From assembly GCA_963781705.1 (NCBI GenBank), contig CAWAGP010000010.1:997427-1061426 (forward strand): a stretch of 64,000 bases of DNA. Direction: 5' to 3'. The notes beneath the pieces are model-generated. The model saw only the letters and a list, made by a program, of their open reading frames with translations. It ran no database searches and had not been told where the DNA came from. This stretch comes from an uncultured Chloroflexia bacterium. GTDB lineage: Bacteria; Chloroflexota; Limnocylindria; Limnocylindrales; CSP1-4. The number at the start of each line of letters is the position of its first letter. Positions within the stretch are counted from its first letter, which is position 1. Positions 1-10,927 of the stretch are shown piece after piece. A program made the translations under genes and the position numbers.

Positions 1-1254
1 GACAGCCACAGCAGTACCGCGGCCAGCAGCGCGCCCAGGGGCGTCAGGAAGACCGTCGCGCGAAGGCCGATGACCAGCGCCAGCGCACCGCCGGCGAGCG
101 TGAAGACGAGCTGGGCGAGGTGGATGGCGACGCTGAACGTGGCGTTGACGCGACCCAATTCGCGGTCGTCGATGACCGTCTGGCGGAGCGACACCTCGGC
201 GATGTCGAAGACGGTGATGGAGCTGTCGCCGACCAGCTGTTGGGTGATCAGGAAACCGGCCGCGAGCGATCGGCGCGCCGGACGGCGCGAGCGGGATGAA
301 CAGGTTGCCGATGGCGGCCAACAGCAGCGATGCGACCATCGTCCGACCGAGGCCGAAGCGGCGCGTCACGCGCCCGGCCACCAGTGCTCCGACAAGTGAA
401 CCGATGCCGCCCATGGCGGCGATGATGCCGATCGCCGCCGGGCCCAGCCCCAGGTCGTTGAGCGCGAACAGGTACCAGGTGGCACCGAAGACGCCCCACA
501 ACCCGGCCATGGCCATGCTGGCGATCGTGTTGGCGCGCACGATCGGATGGCCGGCCACCAGGCGCAGGCCGATTGCGATCTCGTGCAGGACGGGCTGGCG
601 TTCGTGCTTGGGTGGGGGCGCCGGCTCGCGCGCGCGGATCGAGCCCAGCAGCACGGCCGAGATGAGGTAGGTGACGGCGTCAATGGCAATGGTCAGCGGG
701 CCGCCGATGAGCTGGACGAGGAAGCCGGCCGAGCCGAAGGACAGGAATTCCGACACCGAGCTCGACGCCGACAACGCCCCGTTCGCACGCAGCAGGTCGC
801 GCCGGGGAACGATGGTCGGCAGGTAGGCCCGGTCGGCCGCGTCGAAGAAAGTGGTCAGCATCGCCGCCAGCAGCGAGACGATGAGCAGCTGCGGCAGCGA
901 CAGCCAGCCGCCGATGGCCGCCAGGGGGATGGTAGCCAGCAGGAGGGCCCGCCCGAGATCGGCCCAGATCATCACCGGACGGCGACGCAGGCGATCAACC
1001 CAGGCGCCGGCGACAAGGCCCACGACGAGGATGGCGACGAGGTCTGTGCTGCGCACGAGGGCGACGTCGAAGGCGTTCGCCGACAGCACCAGGATGGCCA
1101 CGAACGGCAGCGCCATGCGCGTGAGCAGGCTGCCGAAGATCGAGATCGTGGCCGCGGTCCAGACACGTGCGAAGGCGCCGTTGCGCCACAGCGAGCGCCG
1201 GGGCGCGGCTTCGGGCGGCGGCAGGTGTGGGTCGGTCAGCGGCTCGGCGGCCAT
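1..1254 (-). CDS. MFS transporter, about 418 codons in window; C-terminus runs past the window start. An apparent +1 frameshift near nt 262-267 puts the last ~88 codons into another frame.
   Basis: Reverse-strand translation from ATG at 1254 reads MAAEPLTDPHLPPPEAAPRRSLWRNGAFARVWTAATISIFGS... with Ala/Leu/Gly-rich TM segments typical of MFS. The C-terminal protein-like sequence (AAGFLITQQLVGDSSITVFDIAEVSLRQTVIDDRELGRVNATFSV...) continues in a different frame below about nt 264. No in-frame stop before the window edge. Confidence 0.6.
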   Translation of the reverse strand, partial: MAAEPLTDPHLPPPEAAPRRSLWRNGAFARVWTAATISIFGSLLTRMALPFVAILVLSANAFDVALVRSTDLVAILVVGLVAGAWVDRLRRRPVMIWADLGRALLLATIPLAAIGGWLSLPQLLIVSLLAAMLTTFFDAADRAYLPTIVPRRDLLRANGALSASSSVSEFLSFGSAGFLVQLIGGPLTIAIDAVTYLISAVLLGSIRAREPAPPPKHERQPVLHEIAIGLRLVAGHPIVRANTIASMAMAGLWGVFGATWYLFALNDLGLGPAAIGIIAAMGGIGSLVGALVAGRVTRRFGLGRTMVASLLLAAIGNLFIPLAPSGAPIARGRFPDHPTAGRRQLHHRLRHRRGVAPPDGHRRPRIGSRQRHVQRRHPPRPARLHARRRCAGAGHRPSRDGLPDAPGRAAGRGTAVAV

Positions 1255-1328
1255 CCGCGGAGGGTAGGGCAGGGCCGACCTCCAGCGCGGACGCTCTGGC
1301 ACGCCAGACGGACTAGACTCGGCCACCC

Positions 1329-2661
1329 GTGTTCGACGATCTCTCCGACCGACTCCGCCATGCGCTCAGCCAGCTGACCGGCCGCGGCCGTGTCAGCGAA
1401 GCTGACGTCGATGCGGCCATGCGCGAGGTGCGCCTGGCGCTGCTCGAGGCGGACGTCAACTTCCGTGTCGTCAAGGACTTCGTGGCGCGCGTCCGCGCTC
1501 GGGCGGTCGGCACGGAAGTCCTCGAGAGCCTGAATGCCGGCCAGCAGGTGATCAAGATCGTGAACGACGAGTTGACGGCAATCCTGAGCGCCGGCGACAG
1601 CTCGTTCCGTCTGACCGGCTCACCATCGTCCGTGCTGCTCGTCGGCCTGCAGGGCTCGGGCAAGACGACGACCGCGGCCAAGCTGGCGCGCGAAGTCGTG
1701 CACCAGGGCCGCCAGCCGCTGCTCGTCGCGGCCGACCCGTATCGGCCGGCAGCGGCCGACCAATTGCAGGCGCTCGGCCGCCAGATCGACGTACCGGTGC
1801 ACCGCGCGCCGGCGGGCACGAGCGTTCCGGATATCGCGGCCGGCGCGCTCGTCGCGGCCCGCCAGACCGGGCCGCGACGTGCTCATCTTCGACACCGCCG
1901 GGCGAACCTCGATCGACCAGCCGCTGCTCGACGAAATCCGCGACCTGTCGGCCCAGGTCAAGCCGTCGGAGACGCTGCTGGTGGTCGACGCCATGGTCGG
2001 CCAGGAGTCGGTCGCCGTCGCCCAGGCGTTCGCCGACGCCGCGGCGCTGACCGGCCTGGTGCTGACCAAGATCGACGGCGACGCGCGCGGCGGCGCGGCC
2101 CTGTCGATCAGCGCCGTGACCGGGCTGCCGGTCAAGTTCCTGGGCACCGGTGAGCGGACCGACGCGCTGGAGCCGTTCCACCCCGACCGCCTGGCCGGGC
2201 GCATCCTGGGCATGGGCGACATGCTGACGCTGATCGAACGGGCGCAGGCCAACGTGGACCAGGAACAGGCCGAGGACCTGGCGCGCAAACTGCAGCGCAA
2301 CGCATTCACGCTCGAGGATTTCCTGGGCCAGATGCAGCAGCTCAAGCGCATGGGACCCATTGGCGGCCTGCTCGAGTTGATCCCGGGCATGGGCGGCGCG
2401 GCGCGCGAAGCGCAACAGGCCGTCGACCGTGGCGACCTGCGCCGCGTCGAGGCCATCATCCAGTCGATGACCCCACACGAGCGGCGCAACCCCAACGTGC
2501 TGACAGCCAGTCGTCGGCGGCGCATTGCGCGCGGCTCCGGCACCACTCAGCAGGACGTCAATCGGCTGATCAAGCAGTTCGGCGAGATGCAGCGGATGAT
2601 GCGTCAACTCGGCGGCGCCGGCGGCCGGCGTGGACTTCTGCCCTTCGGCCCACGGCGATAG
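1329..2661 (+). CDS. ffh: Signal recognition particle protein Ffh; reading frame broken by one extra G in a GGG run at about 1869-1871.
   Basis: ORF 1329..2153 (GLQGSGKTTTAAKLA, NG domain) and ORF 1879..2661 (LIFDTAGR...LTKIDGDARGGAALSI...M-domain with GMGDMLTLIE, RIARGSGT) are the N and C parts of Ffh in frames differing by +1. Deleting one G restores ...ARQTGRDVLIFDTAGR. Confidence 0.9.
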
Positions 2662-2900
2662 AGCCATAGGGCCGCGGCGGGCCGGGCAGGAAGATGCGAC
2701 CATGAGCGGTCCCATGAGCGATCCTGCAGACAGCGGCCAGACTCCAGCCGAGGAAGTCACGAATTCGCGCGTCCGGCCGGCCGGCTTCCCGTCGGTCGAC
2801 GGTACGCCAGTTGTGCCGCACGACTCCGTCGACGATGTGTTCTCGCCTACGCCCGGGCCTGCGCCAACGCCCGCCCGGCCGCATAACGCGCGCCGGGACC

Positions 2901-4560
2901 GTGCGCTGGCTCATAGCGCTCGTGGCCACCATAGCGGTTGTCGGCGTCGTCGCCGGCGTCGGCTACCTCGCCGTCCAGCGCACCGGCTCCCCGTCACCCG
3001 TGGCGCACTACGCGCCGGCCGACGCGAGCGCCTACCTCGAACTGCGGCTGGACTTCCCGGGCGACCAGCACGACCAGCTGGTCTCGTTCATGAGCCACTT
3101 TCCCGGCTTCGCCGACCCGTCGAGCTTCCAGCAGAAGATCGACGACACGCTTAACCAGGCGCTGACCAGTTCGGGCAGCGGGCTCAACTGGACGACCGAC
3201 GTCGAGCCCTGGTTCGGGGGCACAGTCGCGCTCTTCGGCAATCCAGGCGCCGGTTCGACCGTTACAGGCAGCATGACCGCCGTGTTCAGCGTCAAGGATT
3301 CGACGGCCCTCGACACAACCGTGAGGGCCCACCAGGACGCGGGCTGGACCGGCCAGCCGTATGGCGCCGACCAGATGATCTGGACCGCACCCGGCGGCAC
3401 GACTGTGCTGGCGACGACTGGTGACGCGCTGATCGTTGCGGACAACGCGGCCGATGTCGAGCGCGCGCTGGACGTCAATGCTGGCAAGCAGCCCAGCCTG
3501 GCCGATGACGACTTCTTCCTGCACCAACTGGCGGCGTTGCACGCCGACCGGCTGGCGACCTTCTACTTCGACACGAGCAGGGCGACCCAGTCGGTCACGG
3601 ATCAGCTGGGTTCGCTGGTACCGGGCATGACCTCGGTCAGCGGCCTGCTGACTGCGCCGATCAAGCTCGTCGGCGAGTTACGCGCGGAGGGCAACCATCT
3701 CGCCCTGAACGTGCGCTCCAGTTGGCCCTCGAGCCCCGGCTCGGTGCCGATGCCGTCCAACCGTCACACCGCGCTGGCCGAGCGGATGCCGCCCGACACG
3801 CTCGTCTATGTCGAGCAGCGCGATGTCGGCCAGAGCATCAAGTACGTCCTCACGCAGCTACTTACGGCAGCGCCGCTGCCCAGCGGGGGCAGCGCCAGCG
3901 GGATGAGCCTGCAGGCGATCGGTGAGCTGCTCGGCACTGACCCGCAGAGCTTCCTCGATTTCGTCCAGGACGTCGGCGTCTCCGTTTCGGACACCAACGG
4001 CGCGCTTGGCGTCGGCCTGGTGGCCACCGTTGACGACGAGACGGTCGCACGTTCGCGCGTGGAGCGGTTGGTCGGTGCCGTCCGCTCGTTTGCCGCGTTC
4101 GGCGGTGCTGGCATCACTGTCGAGGACCAGGCTCACGGGAACGCCACGATCACCCTTATCCATGTGTCGGGCGCGGTTCTCGGGGGAGCAGGGATGGCCG
4201 GCATGCCTGTCGCCGGCGTGCCCGACGTGACCATCGGCGTCAGCGTCGCCGACGGCGAGCTGTTCATCGGCAGCGGTGACTTCGTCGCCAACGCGCTCGA
4301 CCGCGGTGCGGCCGAATTCGCTCGCCGCGCAGGCGGGCTACAAGGCGGCCACCGCAGCCGCGCCAAGCGACACGGCGGGCTTCGTCTACGTCGATCTCAA
4401 CGGCGCTCGGGGCGACCTCGAATCGCTGATCCCGGCCGCCGGGCGCCAGTCGTACGATCAGAACGTCCAGCCCTTCGTGGCGCCGTTCAGCCACCTGTTC
4501 GAGTACAACATCAGCGACGGCGACGTGACCGAAGTCCACGTCTTGCTGTCGGTCGAGTAA
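2901..4560 (+). CDS. DUF3352-like membrane-anchored protein (N-terminal TM then large extracytoplasmic domain). Apparent frameshift near 4300-4330. Start uncertain: a possible Pro-rich N-terminal region lies in another frame from 2702.
   Basis: ORF 2811..4859 frame carries TM RWLIALVATIAVVGVVAGVGYLAV then a DUF3352-like domain (GLNWTTDVEPWFGGTVALFGNPG...). The C-terminal continuation (GFVYVDLNGARGDLESLIPAAGRQSYDQNVQPFVAPFSHLFEYNISDGDVTEVHVLLSVE) is in ORF 4276..4560, a different frame. Confidence 0.5.
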
Positions 4561-4598
4561 CCTTTCAGCATCGTCCCCAGGGAGGCATTTCAGAAACA

Positions 4599-4859
4599 GT
4601 GGCAGTCCGCATCCGTTTGAGCCGCGTCGGCGCAACCAAGCAGCCCAGCTATCGCTTCGTCGTATCCGATAGCCGCAACGCCCGCGATGGGCGATCGCTC
4701 GACACTCTCGGGCACTACAACCCGCGCGCCGACCCGATCGAGGTCAACGTCGACGAGCAGAAGGCGCGTGATTGGCTGAGCCGCGGCGCGCAGCCCTCGG
4801 ACACCGTCGCCCGACTCTTCCGGCGAGTGGGCGTACTGCCCGCTGAGCCGACCAAGTAG
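4599..4859 (+). CDS. rpsP: 30S ribosomal protein S16
   Basis: VAVRIRLSRVGATKQPSYRFVVSDSRNARDGRSLDTLGHYNP... matches S16. GGAGG RBS at about 4580-4584 lies 14 nt upstream of the GTG. It is the tail of six-frame ORF 2811..4859. Confidence 0.85.
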   Translation: MAVRIRLSRVGATKQPSYRFVVSDSRNARDGRSLDTLGHYNPRADPIEVNVDEQKARDWLSRGAQPSDTVARLFRRVGVLPAEPTK

Positions 4860-4866
4860 GCGCGCG

Positions 4867-5100
4867 ATGTCTGCCGAGTCGCTGGTCGAATACGTGGCCA
4901 AGTCGCTTGTCGATGAGCCTGACGAAGTTTCCGTGAAAATCCTCGACGAGGATGGTGGACGGGTGATCGAGCTCCATGTCGCCGAGGCGGATATGGGCAA
5001 GGTCATCGGCCGCAACGGCAGTGTGGCCAAGGCGATGCGCACGCTGCTCAAGGTTGTCGCTGCGCGCGAGGGAGAGCCCGTCTCGCTCGAGATCGTCTAG
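4867..5100 (+). CDS. KH-domain RNA-binding protein (YlqC/UPF0109 family)
   Basis: 77 aa. VKILDEDGGRVIELHVAEADMGKVIGRNGSVAKAMRTLLKVV is a KH fold motif. Conserved position between rpsP and rimM. Confidence 0.8.
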   Translation: MSAESLVEYVAKSLVDEPDEVSVKILDEDGGRVIELHVAEADMGKVIGRNGSVAKAMRTLLKVVAAREGEPVSLEIV

Positions 5101-5104
5101 CGCC

Positions 5105-5653
5105 ATGACCGGCGACCTGCAGCACGCGGGTCGAGACGACCGATTGGTGGTCGGCGTCGTGCGCGGCCTGCACGGGCTGCGCGGCATGGTCCGCATCGAA
5201 TCACTGACTGACAACAGCGAGCGGTTTGCGCCCGGCAGCGTGCTGTTTCGCGAAGGCGACGGTCGCCCGCTGACCGTCGCGACCGTGCAGCGCGACGGCC
5301 CGGGACTGCTCGTGCGCTTCCGTGAGATCCACGACCGCAACAGCAGTGAGCAACTGCGCGACGTGTATCTCGAAGCGGAGGCGGAGGCGAAGCTGCCCGG
5401 CGATACCTATTACTGGCACGAAATCGTGGGGTGCTTGGTGAGTGGTCTTGACGGCCGTCCGCTGGGCACGGTCAGCGACATCTTTCGCGTGGGCGAGGCG
5501 GAGGTCTACGTCGTCCGCGGCGAAGGCGCCGAATTGCTCGTGCCGGCGGTGTCGGCCTTCGTACGCGAGCTGTCGCCGGCCGAGCGGCGGATCGTGGTCG
5601 ACGAGGTAGCGCTGGGCATTGACGGCGACGATGAGTCGGAAGCACAACCATGA
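5105..5653 (+). CDS. rimM: Ribosome maturation factor RimM
   Basis: [41 protein letters not shown]...PRC-barrel C-terminus. ATG lies in frame within ORF 4976..5653. Synteny rpsP-KH-rimM-trmD. Confidence 0.85.
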   Translation: MTGDLQHAGRDDRLVVGVVRGLHGLRGMVRIESLTDNSERFAPGSVLFREGDGRPLTVATVQRDGPGLLVRFREIHDRNSSEQLRDVYLEAEAEAKLPGDTYYWHEIVGCLVSGLDGRPLGTVSDIFRVGEAEVYVVRGEGAELLVPAVSAFVRELSPAERRIVVDEVALGIDGDDESEAQP

Positions 5654-6330
5654 CGGCGCTGCGCATCGACATCCTGAGCATCTTCCCCGAAGCGTTCCCG
5701 GGACCGCTCGCCGCGAGCATTCCTGGTCGTGCCCTGGAGCGCGGGCTGGCCTCGCTGACCGCACATGACCTGCGCCAGTGGGGACTCGGCCGCCATCGCA
5801 GCGTCGACGACTACCCATATGGTGGCGGCGCGGGCATGATCCTGCGGCCGGAGCCGATTGCGGCCGCTCTGGCGGCGCTGGCCGGACCGGCCACGCTGCG
5901 CATCCTGCTCGACCCCGGCGGCCGGGTCTTCGACCAGTCGATCGCCGGCGAACTCTCCGGTCACGAGCATCTGCTGCTGATCTGCCCGCGCTACGAAGGC
6001 GTCGATGCCCGGGTACGCGAGATGGTCGACCTGGAGTTGTCGATCGGCGACTACGTCGTATCGGGTGGCGAACTGCCGGCGATGGTCGTCATCGACGCCG
6101 TGCTGCGCCTGCTGCCGGGCGCCATCGACGAGCTATCGACGGTCGACGAGTCGTTCACCGACGGGCTGCTCGAATACCCGCAGTACACCCGGCCGCCGGA
6201 CTTCGAGGGTATGACCGTGCCAGACATCCTGCTCAGTGGCGACCACGGCGCCGTCGAGCGCTGGCGGCGCGAGCAGGCGCTCGAGCGCACCCGCGCCGCG
6301 CGGCCGGATCTGCTTGAGCGGCGCGACTAG
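5650..6330 (+). CDS. trmD: tRNA (guanine37-N1)-methyltransferase TrmD
   Basis: [12 protein letters not shown]...[24 protein letters not shown]...[12 protein letters not shown]...[27 protein letters not shown] is a classic SPOUT TrmD. Confidence 0.95.
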   Translation: MTALRIDILSIFPEAFPGPLAASIPGRALERGLASLTAHDLRQWGLGRHRSVDDYPYGGGAGMILRPEPIAAALAALAGPATLRILLDPGGRVFDQSIAGELSGHEHLLLICPRYEGVDARVREMVDLELSIGDYVVSGGELPAMVVIDAVLRLLPGAIDELSTVDESFTDGLLEYPQYTRPPDFEGMTVPDILLSGDHGAVERWRREQALERTRAARPDLLERRD

Positions 6331-6782
6331 TCTTCAGCCTCTTCGGCAGCGTCGATGACGCAGAAACGGTTGCCCTCGGGGTCGGCCATGATTACGTAGT
6401 CGGCGTCCGCCGGCCTGCCGGCCCACTCGATCTCGGTTGCCCCCAGGCTCTTCAGGCGCTCGACCTCCGCGGCCCGGTCGGTCGCGTACAGGTCCAGGTG
6501 AATCCGCGGCGGTATCTGCAGCGAGGCGTGCCAGCGATCGAGACTGAGGTTGGGTCCCGTGCCGTTGCGCGGCCGCAGCAGGGCAAAAGAGTCATCGTCA
6601 CCGTCGCGCGGCACGTAGTCGAGCGCGGCGGCCCAGAATTGGCTCTGGCGCTCGATGTCCTTGACCCGGATAACGATCGAGCCGACCTTTATCACCGGTC
6701 GATCATACGGTCCGATATACTCGGCCGCCCGACCTGGAAATTCCGGCCGCCGTTCCGGTGCGCCAAAGTCACTGTGAGTCAA
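6327..6782 (-). CDS. VOC/glyoxalase family protein. Start uncertain: TTG at 6782, or internal GTG at about 6695 giving a 121-aa protein.
   Basis: [31 protein letters not shown]...NRFCVID is a glyoxalase/bleomycin-resistance fold. It is antisense, between trmD and rplS. Confidence 0.65.
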   Translation of the reverse strand: MTHSDFGAPERRPEFPGRAAEYIGPYDRPVIKVGSIVIRVKDIERQSQFWAAALDYVPRDGDDDSFALLRPRNGTGPNLSLDRWHASLQIPPRIHLDLYATDRAAEVERLKSLGATEIEWAGRPADADYVIMADPEGNRFCVIDAAEEAED

Positions 6783-7133
6783 ATCGTGAGCGTCATCGAC
6801 GACATCGCCGCAGAACAGTTGCGCACCGACCTGCCTGAGCTCGCCTCAGGCGACACCGTCCGCGTCTCGGCCCGCGTACGCGAAGGCAACCGCGAGCGCA
6901 CCCAGGTCTTCGAAGGCACGGTGATGCGCCTGCGCGGCGGCGGCATCAGCCGCTCCATCACGGTTCGTGCCGTGCGCAGTGGCGTTGGCGTGGAGCGCAC
7001 CTTCAAGGTCAACTCACCGCGCATCGAAAAGATCGAGGTCGTCCGGCATGGCGTTGCACGCCGGGCGCAGCTGTACTTCCTGCGCGGTCGCGTGGGCAAG
7101 GCGGCCTCGCTCCGCGAGCGCCGACCCGGCTGA
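6774..7133 (+). CDS. rplS: 50S ribosomal protein L19
   Basis: ...[93 protein letters not shown] aligns to L19. GTG start at 6774 (or 6786) lies in frame in ORF 6498..7133. Confidence 0.85.
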   Translation: MSQIVSVIDDIAAEQLRTDLPELASGDTVRVSARVREGNRERTQVFEGTVMRLRGGGISRSITVRAVRSGVGVERTFKVNSPRIEKIEVVRHGVARRAQLYFLRGRVGKAASLRERRPG

Positions 7134-7192
7134 ACCTCGGCCGCGCAGCCAGGTGCCGCGCCGGCCGCCTCCGATGATCTAGCCTTCTGCCG

Positions 7193-7897
7193 ATGGCGGT
7201 CATCGTCCCGACCAGACGCCTCGAGCTTCGCCTGTCGCGCGAGCATGGGCACCGCGTGATCCTTGGCCTCGATGAGGTCGGAGTCGCCCCTTCGTCGGGT
7301 CCAGTGGTCGCCTGTGCGCTGGCGATGCCCCTCAGGCATCGCCCGATCCGGGGAGTGCGTGACTCCAAGACGCTTTCGGCGGCGCAACGCGAACGGCTTG
7401 CCACGGCGATCCGCCGCAGTGCTTTGACGATCGGGTTGGGCGCGGCATCGGTGCGCGAGATCGACCAGATGAACATCTACTACGCCACGGTGCTGGCCAT
7501 GAAGCGCGCGATTGCCCACGCCGGCGCGCACGACTACGTGATCGTCGATGGGCGGCACATCCGTGGCTTCGAGGAGTACGCAGGTCCTTACCAGGCGGTC
7601 ATCGATGGCGACGCCCTGTGCTACTCCGTCTCCTGTGCATCGATCGTCGCCAAGGTCACGCGCGACCGACTGATGCGCCGGCTGGCCGTGCGCTACCCGG
7701 GCTATGGCTGGGAGCACAACGCGGGTTACGCGACGGCCGATCACCGCGCCGGCATGGCCGCGCTGGGCATCACGCCTCATCACCGGCGCAGCTTCATCAC
7801 CACCCAGCGTGTGCTTGCCGGCGAGCAGGCTCCGCTGCCGCTGTTCGACGAAGCACCAGCGCCGGTGCGGCCGATGCTGGCGGCGGTGGGCGTCTAA
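7193..7897 (+). CDS. rnhB: Ribonuclease HII
   Basis: ILGLDEVGVAPSSGPVVACALAM...VRDSKTLSAAQRERL...IVDG... shows the RNase HII motifs. Synteny after rplS. Confidence 0.9.
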   Translation: MAVIVPTRRLELRLSREHGHRVILGLDEVGVAPSSGPVVACALAMPLRHRPIRGVRDSKTLSAAQRERLATAIRRSALTIGLGAASVREIDQMNIYYATVLAMKRAIAHAGAHDYVIVDGRHIRGFEEYAGPYQAVIDGDALCYSVSCASIVAKVTRDRLMRRLAVRYPGYGWEHNAGYATADHRAGMAALGITPHHRRSFITTQRVLAGEQAPLPLFDEAPAPVRPMLAAVGV

Positions 7898-7944
7898 CCA
7901 CTCGACCCGTGCGGCTGCGCTCACGGCGGATAAGCGGCGCATAA

Positions 7945-8352
7945 GTGGCGCTGGCTAACGTCGCTCGGATGGCGACGATCAGGCAGCGCCACGGGGCGCT
8001 TGCGGAGGCCGAGGTTGCGCGGCATCTGGCCGTGTGCGGTTGGACCGTGCTGGCCACCAACGTCCGACTCGACGGAGTCGAGGTCGACCTGCTCGCGTTC
8101 GACCCCGGCCCGCCGCGCAGCCTGGTCATCGTGGAGGTGCGCAGCCTGGCCGCTGCGCCATTCGGTGTGCCGGAGGAGCGCGTCGATCGCAAGAAGGTGG
8201 CGCGCCTCTACCGCGCCCTGGCGGCACTCGGCGCCGCGCCGCAGGTGCCCTGCGGCGCGGCAACCCTGCCCCGGCGTGTTGACCTGATCGTCGTCGACCG
8301 GCGCCCCGGCCGATCAGCCATGCGCCACCTGCGCGGCGTCGAACCGCCCTGA
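7945..8352 (+). CDS. yraN: YraN/UPF0102 family endonuclease
   Basis: GALAEAEVARHLAVCGWTVLATNVRLDGVEVDLLAFDPG...LVIVEVR matches UPF0102. It follows rnhB as in many bacteria. Confidence 0.8.
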   Translation: MALANVARMATIRQRHGALAEAEVARHLAVCGWTVLATNVRLDGVEVDLLAFDPGPPRSLVIVEVRSLAAAPFGVPEERVDRKKVARLYRALAALGAAPQVPCGAATLPRRVDLIVVDRRPGRSAMRHLRGVEPP

Positions 8353-8539
8353 GCACAGGGCACGCGCCCCCCTTTGGTAGACTGCGTGGGCCGCATTAGC
8401 GGTAGGCGACGCCTTGGCGCTGCCCATCACACACGCGTGCTGCTCCCCGCGAGGTGCCCCAAGCGCGTCGACGCGCAGAAGGGTCCGCGGACTCACGAAG
8501 CACGCGGAGGCGAAACCGAATCAGGAGGTCACTCTTTCC

Positions 8540-9472
8540 ATGCCGTCTGTTTCCATGCGCCAGCTGCTTGAGGCGGGCATTCACTTCGGTCACCAGACGC
8601 GGCGCTGGAATCCCAAGATGCGTCCGTACATCTTTGCCGAGCGCAACGGGATCCACATCATCGACCTGGCGCAGACCGTCCGCGAGCTCGACACGGCACT
8701 GAATTTCGTGCGCGAGACGGTCGCCCGCGGCGATGCAATCCTCTTCGTGGGCACCAAGAAGCAGGCCCAGGAGCCGATCGCTGAGGAAGCGACGCGCGCA
8801 GAGATGCCGTACGTCAACCAGCGTTGGCTGGGCGGCATGCTGACCAACTTCGTGACCATCCGTAAGCGACTCGGGTTGCTCGATCAGCTCGAAGCGCGCC
8901 AGGAGAACGGCGACTTCGAGCGGATGTCCAAGAAGGAAGCCAGCCATCTCACCGAGTTGATGACCCGGCTGCAGCGCACCCTGGGCGGTATGCGCAAGAT
9001 GCGCCGCCTGCCGGGCGCGATGTTCGTCATCGATCCGCAGCGTGAGCGAATCGCGGTGGTCGAGGCGCGCAAGCTGGAGATCCCGGTTATCGGGACTGGC
9101 GACACGAACGTCGACCCTGACCTACTCGACTACGTCATCCCGGCCAACGACGACGCCATCCGGGCGATCCGGCTGCTGTGCACGCTGATCGCCGACGCGG
9201 CCGTCGAGGGCGCCCAGGAGCGCGCCGCACGTCCCACAGAGGAGCCGATGGCGGCCGTCGAGGAGCATGAAGAGGCGAGCGACGAGATGGTCGCGGCACT
9301 GGCCGCCGGCGGGACATTCAGCTTCGAGCCCGAGCCGGACGAAGACGAGCTTCTGCCGGCCGAGGCGGTCGAAGCTGAGGAGGCACCCGAGCGACCCGCA
9401 CCGGCACATGCCCGGCCGCCCGCCGCGCGACGTCCGGCAGCCGCGCACAACGAGGATGAGGCCAACGACTGA
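8540..9472 (+). CDS. rpsB: 30S ribosomal protein S2, with acidic/Pro-rich C-terminal extension
   Basis: [43 protein letters not shown]... AGGAGG RBS at about 8523-8528. In frame within ORF 8414..9472. Confidence 0.9.
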   Translation: MPSVSMRQLLEAGIHFGHQTRRWNPKMRPYIFAERNGIHIIDLAQTVRELDTALNFVRETVARGDAILFVGTKKQAQEPIAEEATRAEMPYVNQRWLGGMLTNFVTIRKRLGLLDQLEARQENGDFERMSKKEASHLTELMTRLQRTLGGMRKMRRLPGAMFVIDPQRERIAVVEARKLEIPVIGTGDTNVDPDLLDYVIPANDDAIRAIRLLCTLIADAAVEGAQERAARPTEEPMAAVEEHEEASDEMVAALAAGGTFSFEPEPDEDELLPAEAVEAEEAPERPAPAHARPPAARRPAAAHNEDEAND

Positions 9473-9533
9473 GCGGCGCCGGGCAACCGGCCCAACCAAC
9501 TGACCAGAGATGCGACAAGGGATGCACGACACG

Positions 9534-10139
9534 ATGACCCAGGAACCAATTCCGGCCGGCAAGGTCAAGGAGCTGCGCGAGCTCACCGGTGCCGGCTTCA
9601 TGGACTGCAAGCGCGCGCTCGAGGACGCAGCGGGTGACGTCGAGAAAGCGACCGCACTACTCAAGGAGCGCGGCATGGCGACCGCCGCGCGCAAGTCGGG
9701 CCGCGAGGCGCGCGAGGGGACGATCGCGAGCTATATCCACCCGGGTGGCCGGCTGGGCGTGCTGATCGAGGTCAACTGCGAGACGGATTTCGTGGCCCGC
9801 AACGATGATTTCCAGAAGCTCGTGCGCGACCTCGCCATGCAGGTGGCGGGTCTGGCGCCCGAGTACATGACCATCGAGTCGGTGCCTGAGGCGGTGCTGG
9901 CAGCCAAGCGCGCCGAGCTGGCGGCGGACGAGACTGCCACGCGCAAGCCCGAGCACGTGCGTGCCCAGATCGTCGACGGCCAGCTGCGCAAGTGGTACGA
10001 GTCGGTGGTGCTCTACGAGCAGTCGTTCCGCGATACCGACCAGACCGTCGGACAGTTGATCACCGACGCCATCGCGCGCATCGGGGAGAACATCGTGGTG
10101 CGCCGCTTCATGCGCTACCAGCTGGGAGAGCAGAGTTGA
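9534..10139 (+). CDS. tsf: Elongation factor Ts (short form, about 200 aa)
   Basis: [83 protein letters not shown] is EF-Ts. Start is ATG 9534, or 9510/9522. Confidence 0.85.
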   Translation: MTQEPIPAGKVKELRELTGAGFMDCKRALEDAAGDVEKATALLKERGMATAARKSGREAREGTIASYIHPGGRLGVLIEVNCETDFVARNDDFQKLVRDLAMQVAGLAPEYMTIESVPEAVLAAKRAELAADETATRKPEHVRAQIVDGQLRKWYESVVLYEQSFRDTDQTVGQLITDAIARIGENIVVRRFMRYQLGEQS

Positions 10140-10927
10140 GCGACGCGCTCGCCCAACCGAGGGAGAGCACCAAGCCGGGCGCTGCGCCGAACCGCGCCAC
10201 GTACCGGCGGATCCTGCTCAAGATCAGCGGCGAGGCACTGCTGGGTCGCCGTAGCTACGGTGTCGACCCGGAGGTGTGCTCGTTCATCGCGCACCAGGTG
10301 CACGAGGTGGTCGATCAGGGTGTGCAGGTGGCCATCGTGGTCGGCGGCGGCAACATCTTTCGCGGTATGGCCGCGTCGGCCAAGGGCATGGACCGCGCGA
10401 CGGGCGACTACATCGGCATGCTGGCCACGGTGATGAACGCCCTGGCGCTACAGGATGCTCTCGAGAAGGACAGCGTGCCGACGCGGGTCATGTCGGCCAT
10501 CAGCATGAACGAGGTGGCCGAGCCGTATATCCGCCGCAGGGCCGTGCGGCACCTCGAGAAGGGCCGCGTGATCATCCTTGCCGCCGGCACCGGCAACCCT
10601 TACTTCACCACCGACACGGCCGCCGCACTGCGCGCGGTGGAGATCGGCGCCGAGGTACTGCTCAAGGCGACCAAGGTCGACGGTGTGTACGACAGCGACC
10701 CCATGACGCACCCCGGCGCGCGGCGGCACGCGCGTCTCGACTACGCACAGATGCTGACCGATCGGCTGCAGGTAATCGATGCCACGGCCGTGACACTGTG
10801 CATGGAAAACGACCTGCCGATCATCGTCTTCGATCTGAACCAGCCGGGCCGCATCAAGGCCGCCGCCACCGGTGAGATGGTGGGCACGGTCATCGACGGC
10901 GGCGCAGCTAATGGGGGAGAGCCATGA
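10136..10927 (+). CDS. pyrH: UMP kinase
   Basis: [11 protein letters not shown]...[13 protein letters not shown]...[20 protein letters not shown]...[24 protein letters not shown]. The TTG start overlaps the tsf stop and is in frame in ORF 9992..10927. Confidence 0.85.
   Translation: MSDALAQPRESTKPGAAPNRATYRRILLKISGEALLGRRSYGVDPEVCSFIAHQVHEVVDQGVQVAIVVGGGNIFRGMAASAKGMDRATGDYIGMLATVMNALALQDALEKDSVPTRVMSAISMNEVAEPYIRRRAVRHLEKGRVIILAAGTGNPYFTTDTAAALRAVEIGAEVLLKATKVDGVYDSDPMTHPGARRHARLDYAQMLTDRLQVIDATAVTLCMENDLPIIVFDLNQPGRIKAAATGEMVGTVIDGGAANGGEP

Noticed and set aside
547-1377. 276-aa plus-strand ORF and neighbours (70..399, 296..670, 851..1267)
   Set aside because: Arg/Gly/Gln-rich translation with no domain signal, lying antisense to a clean MFS transporter gene. 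These are typical spurious high-GC ORFs. The same applies to most listed ORFs that overlap called genes in other frames.
2811-4859. 682-aa six-frame ORF read as one protein
   Set aside because: It is a read-through of the frameshifted DUF3352 gene's wrong-frame tail into rpsP. S16 has its own RBS and GTG at 4599.
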